This document shows positions 17,978-25,855 of a stretch of DNA of 37,524 bases, piece by piece. Under the pieces are notes generated by a model. It ran no database searches and was not told where the DNA came from. It saw only the letters and a program-made list of their open reading frames with translations. The position numbers and the translations under genes were made by a program. The DNA is taken from the IMG/VR virus record IMGVR_UViG_2522125086_000001, one strand, 5' to 3'. This DNA comes from an uncultured virus (IMG/VR IMGVR_UViG_2522125086_000001). Its lineage: Duplodnaviria > Heunggongvirae > Uroviricota > Caudoviricetes. Each line of letters starts with the position of its first letter. The first letter of the stretch is position 1.

Positions 17978-19297
17978 ATGAATTTTCTTAAACGCCTTTT
18001 TACCAGAAAGACGACCAACAGTCTCAACGGCTCCGGCTACAGATTCATGATGGGAGGCAGTACCTCCGGCAAACACGTCAATGAACGTTCAGCCATGCAG
18101 ATGACCGCGGTGTATGCCTGCGTGAGAATTCTGTCAGAGTCCATTGCCAGTCTGCCGGTTCACCTTTACCAGTATGAATCGGAAGGCAACAAGGCCAAGG
18201 CGGTAAAGCATCCGCTGTATCGCATTCTGCATGATGAGCCGAATCCGGAAATGACCTCATTTGTGTTCCGAGAAACGCTGATGACGCACCTGCTCCTCTG
18301 GGGCAATGCCTACGCTCAGATTATCCGAAACGGCAAAGGCGAAATCATCGGACTGTATCCCTTAATGCCTAACCGCATGACGGTTGACCGGGACTCAAAC
18401 GGTCAGATTATTTATCAGTATCAGATGCAGGACTCGGATGCTCATACAGGGAAAAGCGGCTCTGTGACTTTAAGGCCGTCCGAGGTGCTGCATGTACCGG
18501 GCTTAGGCTTTGACGGACTTGTCGGTTACTCGCCGATAGCCATGGCAAAAAATGCCATAGGTCTTTCGATTGCCACCGAAGAATACGGAGCAAAGTTTTT
18601 TGCCAACGGTGCAACACCGGGAGGCATTCTGGAGTTTCCGGGAACGGTGAAAAATCCTGAATCAATCCGCGAAAGCTGGAATAAAGGCTTTTCCGGCAGT
18701 AATGCCCACAAGGTGGCAATACTTGAAGAAGGCATGAAATACACGCCGATTTCCATCTCACCGGAACAGGCGCAGTTCCTTGAGACCCGTAAATTTCAGA
18801 TTGATGAGATAGCGAGAATCTTCCGAGTGCCGCCTCACATGGTTGGAGACCTTGAGAAATCAAGCTTCAGCAATATCGAACAGCAGTCACTCGAGTTCGT
18901 GAAATACACCCTGGAGCCGTGGATTATCCGCTGGGAGCAGTCACTTAACCGGGCACTTCTCACCGAAAAGGAAAAGCCGGACTATTTCGTGAAGTTCAAT
19001 GTGGACGGACTTCTTCGAGGTGATTACCAGAGCCGTATGAACGGTTATGCCATTGCACGGCAGAACGGCTGGATGTCAGCCAATGATATCAGAAGTTTAG
19101 AGCAGCTTGATCTCATTCCGGATGAGCTTGGTGGAAATCTGTATCTCATCAACGGAAACATGACCAAACTGCAGGACGCAGGAATTTTTGCAAACAAGGA
19201 GAACAACAATGAAGAAGTTCTGGAAGTGGAAGAATCAGACGGAGGAAAACGCTCCGACCCCGGAAAGAACCCTGTTCCTGAACGGCACCATCGCTGA
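17978..19297 (+). CDS. Phage portal protein (HK97 family)
   Basis: AVYACVRIL, LLLWGNAY, GLVGYSPI, IARIFRVPP, SFSNIEQQ. Confidence 0.95.
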   Translation: MNFLKRLFTRKTTNSLNGSGYRFMMGGSTSGKHVNERSAMQMTAVYACVRILSESIASLPVHLYQYESEGNKAKAVKHPLYRILHDEPNPEMTSFVFRETLMTHLLLWGNAYAQIIRNGKGEIIGLYPLMPNRMTVDRDSNGQIIYQYQMQDSDAHTGKSGSVTLRPSEVLHVPGLGFDGLVGYSPIAMAKNAIGLSIATEEYGAKFFANGATPGGILEFPGTVKNPESIRESWNKGFSGSNAHKVAILEEGMKYTPISISPEQAQFLETRKFQIDEIARIFRVPPHMVGDLEKSSFSNIEQQSLEFVKYTLEPWIIRWEQSLNRALLTEKEKPDYFVKFNVDGLLRGDYQSRMNGYAIARQNGWMSANDIRSLEQLDLIPDELGGNLYLINGNMTKLQDAGIFANKENNNEEVLEVEESDGGKRSDPGKNPVPERHHR

Positions 19298-19946
19298 GCA
19301 GAGCTGGTTTGACGATGACGTGACACCGCAGATTTTCAAAGATGAACTGATGAGCGGTTCAGGAGACATCACCGTATGGATTAACTCACCCGGCGGTGAC
19401 TGTGTGGCTGCCGCTCAGATTTACAACATGCTGATGGAATATCCCGGTAACGTCACCGTGAAGATTGACGGCATTGCCGCCTCTGCCGCCTCGGTGATTG
19501 CCATGGCGGGAACCAGGGTGTGTGTCTCACCGGTCTCCATGCTGATGATCCACAATCCGATGACCTTTGCCTTTGGCAATACTGCTGAAATGCAGAAAGC
19601 CATCGACATGCTTGGGGAAGTAAAGGAATCAATCATCAATGCATACGAAATCAAAACCGGCATGAGCAGAGCCAAGCTTTCCCGTCTAATGGATGCGGAA
19701 ACCTGGATGAATGCCAACAAGGCCGTGGAACTTGGATTTGCCGATGAGATTCTGCAGAGAGAACCGTCTTCCGAAAATGAAATGACGGAGGCTGCCTCTA
19801 CAGCTTTCTCAAGGGCTAGTGTTACCAATTCACTGATGGAAAAGCTTTCTGCCCGATGTCGCATTGAGGCAAAACCAACTGAAACCAAAACCAACGAACG
19901 CTCCGTGGATGATTTGATGGAGCGTCTTAACCTTATCAGAAACTAG
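19209..19946 (+). CDS. Head maturation protease, ClpP-related
   Basis: WINSPGGD, GIAASAAS, MIHNP, ETWMNA; AAGGAG RBS before MKKFWKW. Confidence 0.93.
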   Translation: MKKFWKWKNQTEENAPTPERTLFLNGTIAEQSWFDDDVTPQIFKDELMSGSGDITVWINSPGGDCVAAAQIYNMLMEYPGNVTVKIDGIAASAASVIAMAGTRVCVSPVSMLMIHNPMTFAFGNTAEMQKAIDMLGEVKESIINAYEIKTGMSRAKLSRLMDAETWMNANKAVELGFADEILQREPSSENEMTEAASTAFSRASVTNSLMEKLSARCRIEAKPTETKTNERSVDDLMERLNLIRN

Positions 19947-19954
19947 GAGAATTT

Positions 19955-21157
19955 ATGACTACTGTAAATGAACTTCGCGAAAAGCGAGCAACCGCATGGA
20001 ATGCCGCCAAGGCCTTTCTTGAATCCCGTCGTACCGACAAGGGAACTCTTACCGCAGAGGACGATGCTACCTACACCCGAATGGAGCAGGACATCACTGA
20101 TTTAAGCAGGGAAATCGCCCGACTTGAACGCCGTGATGCTCTTGATGCCGAACTTTCCCGTCCGGTAAACACTCCCATCACCTCAAAGCCATCTGCTGCC
20201 GTTGGCTCTTCTGCTACTGACTCTGCGGTAAAGCGCGGCCGTGCCTCTGATGAGTATAAGAACGGCATGCTCAAGGCTCTCAGAACCAACTTCAAGCAGG
20301 TATCCAATGTTCTGCAGGAAGGTGTGGATGCTGACGGTGGTTACCTTGTTCCGGAAGAATACGACGATAGACTCATTGGTGTACTTGAAGAAGAAAACAT
20401 CATGCGAACTCTCGGTAATGTAATCACCACCTCCGGCGAACACAAGATTAACATTGCCGCCACCAAGCCTGCCGCCGCATGGATTGAAGAAGGCGGTGCA
20501 TTGTCTTTCGGTGATGCAACCTTTGCTCAGATTTTACTTGATGCCCACAAACTGCATGTTGCCATCAAGGTAACCGAGGAACTCCTCTACGATGCTGCTT
20601 TCGATTTGGAAAAATACATCATTACCGAGTTCGGCAAGGCTCTGGCCAATGCGGAAGAGGATGCCTTCCTTAACGGTACCGGTCGTGGTCAGCCACTCGG
20701 TCTCTTTGCTGAAACAGGTGGCGGTACTGCCGCACTTTCTGCCGCCTCAGTTAACGCAGATCACATCATGCAGCTTGTGTATGCATTAAAGAGACCGTAC
20801 CGCAAGTCAGCATCTTTCATTATGCATGACAAGACCGTGGCTGCAATCAGACAGCTCAAGGACAACAACGGCATGTACCTCTGGCAGCCGGCACTGACTT
20901 CCGGAGAGCCGGACAAGCTCTTAGGCTACGACGTGTATACCTCACCGTTCTGTCCTGAAGGCAAGATTGCCTTTGGTGACTACAACTACTACAACATCGG
21001 TGACCGCGGTACCCGTTCATTCTCTGAACTTAGAGAGCTCTTTGCAGGCAACGGCATGATTGGCTTTGTGGCCAAGGAACGAGTGGACGGCAAGCTGATC
21101 TTGCCGGAGGCGGTACAGATTTTAACTATCACCGGCGGTAAGACCGTGAAACCATAA
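19955..21157 (+). CDS. Major capsid protein (HK97 fold)
   Basis: Coiled-coil delta domain, DGGYLVPEE, LKDNNGMYLWQP, FGD, RVDGK. Confidence 0.95.
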   Translation: MTTVNELREKRATAWNAAKAFLESRRTDKGTLTAEDDATYTRMEQDITDLSREIARLERRDALDAELSRPVNTPITSKPSAAVGSSATDSAVKRGRASDEYKNGMLKALRTNFKQVSNVLQEGVDADGGYLVPEEYDDRLIGVLEEENIMRTLGNVITTSGEHKINIAATKPAAAWIEEGGALSFGDATFAQILLDAHKLHVAIKVTEELLYDAAFDLEKYIITEFGKALANAEEDAFLNGTGRGQPLGLFAETGGGTAALSAASVNADHIMQLVYALKRPYRKSASFIMHDKTVAAIRQLKDNNGMYLWQPALTSGEPDKLLGYDVYTSPFCPEGKIAFGDYNYYNIGDRGTRSFSELRELFAGNGMIGFVAKERVDGKLILPEAVQILTITGGKTVKP

Positions 21158-21214
21158 GGCTCCATAACGGAGCTTTTTTTATGCCTTCATCATTCTGCTG
21201 ATGGAGGCTTTTTT
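21156..21214 (+). terminator. Tandem terminators after the capsid gene
   Basis: GGCTCC-ATAAC-GGAGCT-T run and GCCTTCATCA...TGATGGAGGC-T6. Confidence 0.7.
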
Positions 21215-21225
21215 GGAGTTTAGCT

Positions 21226-21501
21226 ATGAGCATGACACTAAAGGAAATGAAGAACTATCTGCGTGTTGACGGTACCGAGGATGACACGCTTATCAGGAAT
21301 CTTATCTACTCGGCTGAACGGCTGTGTCTTGATGTGCTGAGAGCGGATTCGACCAAAGTGCTCTACGACTCGAAGTACGGCAGAGCCGCGGTGATGTATG
21401 CCGTCAACTACATGTATGAGCATCGCACCGAGGCTGACTACCGGGCATTGACGCTTTCCCTCCGTGCCATGCTGTTCGGCTCAAGGAAGGAGGCATTCTG
21501 A
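21226..21501 (+). CDS. Head-tail connector (gp6-like)
   Basis: TLKEMKNYLRVD..EDD.LI..LI..A, YMYEHR. Confidence 0.88.
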   Translation: MSMTLKEMKNYLRVDGTEDDTLIRNLIYSAERLCLDVLRADSTKVLYDSKYGRAAVMYAVNYMYEHRTEADYRALTLSLRAMLFGSRKEAF

Positions 21502-21836
21502 TGGAAACCGGAACGATGAATGAACGTATCAGAATTTATGAACCAAAGTCTGACGGCAATCAGACCTCGCTTGATGAGTATGAGCTTTCGGGGTCAGTCT
21601 GGGCGAACGTGAGACAGGTTACCACCCGTGACCAGATGCGTTCAGGCGTTGAGGTACAGAGCGGTCAGATTACCATTCTGATCCGCTACCTTGCAGGTCT
21701 TTCCGATGACTGTCTTATCGAGTGGAACGGCAAGTTCTACGGTATCGATAACCTGTCTCCCGACAGGCATAAGGGAGAAATTCTGCTTGGCTGCAGCTAT
21801 TCGGGACTTAATGAAAATCAGAGGTTTACCACATGA
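21501..21836 (+). CDS. Head closure / head-tail adaptor protein
   Basis: GTMNERIRI, VWANV, ILIRY, IEWNGKFYGI. Confidence 0.8.
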   Translation: METGTMNERIRIYEPKSDGNQTSLDEYELSGSVWANVRQVTTRDQMRSGVEVQSGQITILIRYLAGLSDDCLIEWNGKFYGIDNLSPDRHKGEILLGCSYSGLNENQRFTT

Positions 21837-22207
21837 TTTCAATCAGTGAAATGAAAGCAAAGGTTAAGACTCTCGTTGAGGATCTCACCGGGCTGAAAGC
21901 TTACTTCGATTTGGTGCCGAACAACATCAAGACCGGAGTTCTGATTACCCGGCAGGCTACTGAGTTTTCCGGCAGAACTGTTGATGGCGAGGCGCACATT
22001 GCCCATCACGGCTTTGAGGTGTTTATCTTCTCGTTTCAAAGTGCAGAGGCCTGTGACGCTCCGACGGATAAGCTGGTTAATGCCGCTGACGGGAAATATT
22101 CAAAGGACTTCAGACTCATTATGGTAAACAGCATCACGCCTGCGGAGTATGACCCGGAGGTCGGATTCTGGGGCAATGTCATCAGCATGGAGTTTGTTGA
22201 ACGATGA
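21833..22207 (+). CDS. Putative tail terminator/completion protein
   Basis: Size, position in the neck module and ATGA coupling. Confidence 0.55.
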   Translation: MISISEMKAKVKTLVEDLTGLKAYFDLVPNNIKTGVLITRQATEFSGRTVDGEAHIAHHGFEVFIFSFQSAEACDAPTDKLVNAADGKYSKDFRLIMVNSITPAEYDPEVGFWGNVISMEFVER

Positions 22208-22896
22208 CGATTGAAGTACATACAGACGGTGCTGACATTCTTGCTGAAAAGCTCAAGGGTCTGCCGCAGAAACTGCAGACTAAAATCAGCCGTGTGATTC
22301 TGAAGGAGGCGCTGAAGGAAACAGGAGCAAGAGAAGAACTTACGGGGTACATCGATACTCACTTCAAATCCCATACCGGAATCTACCGCAAGTCTGTATC
22401 CGGCATTAAAACCTCAAGAGTTCGCTCTGACCATAACCGGATTATTTCATACATACACTTTCTGCCGGTGAGCAAGGTTAAGGGCAGCAAGGAATGCAAA
22501 AAGGCTCATATGCCGCCAAAGACTCTGAACCACTGGCTTAATGCCGGTACCCGTGACCATGCTGTCGGCAAAGGCTCAAGTCTTGAAGGCAATAAAGTCA
22601 TTCAGCAGCTTATCGCCAACAAATACCAGATTGCCATCAACAGAGCCAGACTCAATCTCGCCTCTGCCAAAACACAGAAACAGCGGGATAAGTACCAGGG
22701 CATGATTGAACGCAACACCAGTAAACTTTTAGCCGTTAAGGCTAAAGCTACGAAAAAAGCAAGCCAGCACGGCAGAAAGGTTAAGGGCATAACCGCCCGT
22801 CATTTTATGGAAGCCATTCAGCGCAGAGTGGACACAAACGCAGTTGCTATCGTGGTTCAGCAGGTTGAAACCTCGGTGGCAGATTTATTGAAATAG
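22204..22896 (+). CDS. HK97 gp10-like neck protein, extended
   Basis: Basic protein with HTGIYRKSV, WLNAGT and GITARHFMEA, resembling gp10 motifs. Confidence 0.6.
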   Translation: MTIEVHTDGADILAEKLKGLPQKLQTKISRVILKEALKETGAREELTGYIDTHFKSHTGIYRKSVSGIKTSRVRSDHNRIISYIHFLPVSKVKGSKECKKAHMPPKTLNHWLNAGTRDHAVGKGSSLEGNKVIQQLIANKYQIAINRARLNLASAKTQKQRDKYQGMIERNTSKLLAVKAKATKKASQHGRKVKGITARHFMEAIQRRVDTNAVAIVVQQVETSVADLLK

Positions 22897-22908
22897 GAGA
22901 AAAGCCAT

Positions 22909-23397
22909 ATGGCACAACATACAGAACTTTATGATTATGAACCGAGAGAGCCTGTGCTTCTCGGCGGAACTCATTCCCAGTTTTCTACTGACGGCGGAGC
23001 TACCTGGACTCCTCTCAAGGGTGCGCAGGAGCTCGGGGATATCGGCGATATTGCAGAATCCGTGGAATGCACCACCATCGATGATGACAGAAAAGTTTAC
23101 TGCGGCGGTTTGAAGGACTCCGCTGAAAAGGAACTCACTATCTACTATTACGATGATGACGCCGACCAGCAGGCTCTCATTGCTGCCGCCGAGGCACAGC
23201 AGACAGTTCGCATCCGCCATCAGTGGCCGAACGGTACCAGAGCTGCCTATGATTTGAAGCTTCTAGGCTATCAGATTATGTCCGGCTCTGCTGACGGCTT
23301 TATGCAGCTTAAGGTTTCCGGCAGACAGGCATCAGATGTTGTCTGGTCGAATGCCGATGATGAACAGGCTCAAAGCAATGAAAATGAAGGAGATTAA
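22909..23397 (+). CDS. Tail tube (major tail) protein
   Basis: VECTTIDDDRKVYCGGLKDS motif; position; AGGAG RBS. Confidence 0.8.
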   Translation: MAQHTELYDYEPREPVLLGGTHSQFSTDGGATWTPLKGAQELGDIGDIAESVECTTIDDDRKVYCGGLKDSAEKELTIYYYDDDADQQALIAAAEAQQTVRIRHQWPNGTRAAYDLKLLGYQIMSGSADGFMQLKVSGRQASDVVWSNADDEQAQSNENEGD

Positions 23398-23399
23398 CC

Positions 23400-23705
23400 A
23401 TGTCTTATCTTGAACAGATTAAATCGTTGAAATTTAAAATCAGCAAGGTAACCGTTGACGGTGTGGACTTTTACCTGCGTGAACTTTCGGGCAAGGCTCG
23501 TATCGACTTTGAGAACGAGAAGGACTTACAGCTTCGCGTTCTCAAGATGATGCATGCGTCTCTCTGCGATGCTGACGGCAACCTCACCGAAAAGCCGGAG
23601 GACTTCAATGCCTTTATGGAATCCGTGCCGAACAAGGTGCTGAACGCTTTGGTTAACGCCTTCTCGGCTCTCAACATCACCAGCGAGACCAGCTTAAAAA
23701 ACTAA
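23400..23705 (+). CDS. Tail assembly chaperone (G-like)
   Basis: YLRELSG, SLCDADG; ends in slippery TTA AAA AAC TAA. Confidence 0.78.
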   Translation: MSYLEQIKSLKFKISKVTVDGVDFYLRELSGKARIDFENEKDLQLRVLKMMHASLCDADGNLTEKPEDFNAFMESVPNKVLNALVNAFSALNITSETSLKN

Positions 23706-23932
23706 TCCGGGGCAGTTTTACTTTCAGACTGGCGGTGAGAATTGCCCGGGAAATCCACCGCCCAATCTCTGAAGTTCTGGAATATCCCACCACCGAGTTC
23801 AACTACTGGGCGGTGGTTTTTCAGGAGGAATACTATGAGGCTCATCCGAAAGAAAGGTACAAAGCCGGAATGACGGAGAGCGATTGTGCCAGAGAGGTTG
23901 AGAAGTTTAAACAAATGATGAACAAACGGTAG
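23699..23932 (+). CDS. Tail chaperone GT extension via -1 frameshift
   Basis: The -1 frame is open from the A-AAA-AAC site: KLIRGSFTFRLAVRIAREIHRPISEV...EFNYW. Confidence 0.72.
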   Translation, partial: KLIRGSFTFRLAVRIAREIHRPISEVLEYPTTEFNYWAVVFQEEYYEAHPKERYKAGMTESDCAREVEKFKQMMNKR

Positions 23933-24127
23933 CGTTATTGATGTACGATTTATCAACAGATTAGGCATCAGATAACAGTTGAATTATTTGTTGATACTAG
24001 TTAAATTACTGACATATGAATAGTACGGCCAATTGTTCACAGGAAGTTCCGTCCTGTATCACGGATAAAAATTCAGTGCTGTGATAAAATGACAGCCGAT
24101 GATGTTGAGTTCGGGGAGGTTAAAGTC

Positions 24128-25783
24128 ATGGGAAGTATTCTGAATCCGACCATGGAAAACAGCTTTGAAACACTGGTTAATTTCAAAGATAAAGACATAT
24201 TTGTTGATAAAACGGATTTTATAGAAAAGATGTCTGCAAAGATCAATGCAGATAAACGTTTTTTTGCCGTAACCCGTCCCCGCAGATTCGGAAAAACCGT
24301 AACGGCCCATATGCTTTTAGCCTATTATTCCAAAGGGTATATCGGCACAAAAATATTTGACGGTCTGCATATTGCTGATAAAGACAACTATGCTGAACAT
24401 CTCAATAAATATGATGTTATTTACATTGATATGAATACCATCGACGGATTGTTTGATGGTTATTCAGGTCAGAAACAGAAAGTCGAAGGTGTTAATGATC
24501 TGGTTGACTATTTCGAGTATTCAGTAATTAAAGATTTAAAATCGAGTAATGAATTTTCAAAATGTCTTGAAAAGCATCAAATTGGAAATATGGGACTTCT
24601 GGAAACTTTACTTGCAATCACCCAAGATTTAAATACCAGATTCATTTTTATTATGGATGAATGGGATCTGGTATATCGTGAATACCGTGATGACGAGGTT
24701 TTGCAGAAGAAATTTATCAAACTGTTAAAAAATCTGTTTAAATCTGATGGCGGTAAAGCTTGCTTTGCCTTAGCTTATCTCACCGGTATTCTGCCAATCA
24801 AAAAATACAATTCCCAATCAGCATTGAATGGCTTTGATGAATATAACATGCTCTCTCCTGGGGATTATGCTCCTTACTTTGGTTTTACGGAAGATGAGGT
24901 AGCCAACATTGTAAAATCGCCTAATTGTAAAGTTTCACATCATGATTTAAAGAGCTGGTACGAGGGTTATAAAATCAAAGGTGTGGATATTTACAACCCT
25001 AACTCTGTGTGTAAGGCAGTAACTAGAAATGAATGTATCAGTTACTGGAGCGGAACTTCGTCCAATGAGGAATTTGTACGTTTGATCAATATGGATTTTG
25101 ACGGCATAAAGGAAGACATCATCAATTTAATCGAAGGTGATGAAGTTACTTTCAGCTGTGCCAATTTCCAGAATGATATGGTAACCATAAAAGATAAAAA
25201 TGATGTCTTCAGTCTTCTGGTATGCCTCGGTTACCTTGGATGTGCCGAAACAAAAAATCAATATCGTAAAGTTGCCTATGTTCCGAATGCCGAAATCAAA
25301 GCAGTGCTGATGGATATTGTCAGAGAGCAGAACTGGTATGAACGAATGGAAACCATCAGACGTTCAGAAAACCTGCTCAAAGCTATCAAGGAACTTGACG
25401 GAACAACCGTAGCCACAATTATTCAGGATATTCACAATTCTCCGGCTGTAGCTCTGCTCGACTACAATGATGAGGAATCTCTTACGTATTGTGTGATGAC
25501 CGGTCTTTTATGGTCAACTCTTGATGATTACAGCTATCACCGGGAAGATCAGGCAGGAAAGGGGCGTGTTGATTTAGTGTATGAGCCGATAACAAGGAGA
25601 CAGCCTCTTATTCTGATTGAATTTAAGTATGATGACTCTGCCGAAGAAGCCATTAAGCAGATTAAGGAAAAAGAGTATTTCAAACGCTATGCCGGACAGT
25701 ACAGAAATATCATACTTGTCGGAATAAATTTCAGCACCAAGACCAAGGATCACCAGTGCCTGATTGAAAAACTGGATAACTAA
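24128..25783 (+). CDS. AAA-ATPase-like + PD-(D/E)XK nuclease (family 9-like) protein, moron
   Basis: FVDKT, RPRRFGKT, FIMDEWD, LTGILPI, WYEGY, YNPNSV; C-terminal GRVDL...LIEFK; GGGGAGG RBS; visibly AT-richer than its neighbours. Confidence 0.88.
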   Translation: MGSILNPTMENSFETLVNFKDKDIFVDKTDFIEKMSAKINADKRFFAVTRPRRFGKTVTAHMLLAYYSKGYIGTKIFDGLHIADKDNYAEHLNKYDVIYIDMNTIDGLFDGYSGQKQKVEGVNDLVDYFEYSVIKDLKSSNEFSKCLEKHQIGNMGLLETLLAITQDLNTRFIFIMDEWDLVYREYRDDEVLQKKFIKLLKNLFKSDGGKACFALAYLTGILPIKKYNSQSALNGFDEYNMLSPGDYAPYFGFTEDEVANIVKSPNCKVSHHDLKSWYEGYKIKGVDIYNPNSVCKAVTRNECISYWSGTSSNEEFVRLINMDFDGIKEDIINLIEGDEVTFSCANFQNDMVTIKDKNDVFSLLVCLGYLGCAETKNQYRKVAYVPNAEIKAVLMDIVREQNWYERMETIRRSENLLKAIKELDGTTVATIIQDIHNSPAVALLDYNDEESLTYCVMTGLLWSTLDDYSYHREDQAGKGRVDLVYEPITRRQPLILIEFKYDDSAEEAIKQIKEKEYFKRYAGQYRNIILVGINFSTKTKDHQCLIEKLDN

Positions 25784-25809
25784 TTTCACAACCAAAACCA
25801 TTTCCCATG

Positions 25810-25838
25810 AAGGATCTCCTAACCGAGATCCTTTTTTT
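25810..25838 (+). terminator. Rho-independent terminator of the moron
   Basis: AAGGATCTC-CTAACC-GAGATCCTT-T run. Confidence 0.75.
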
Positions 25839-25855
25839 ATTTTCAGGAATTTCAA

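Noticed and set aside
19209..19297. 89-bp portal/protease overlap as a frameshift or error
   Set aside because: Both genes have all expected motifs and the protease has its own RBS; only a low-complexity portal tail overlaps.
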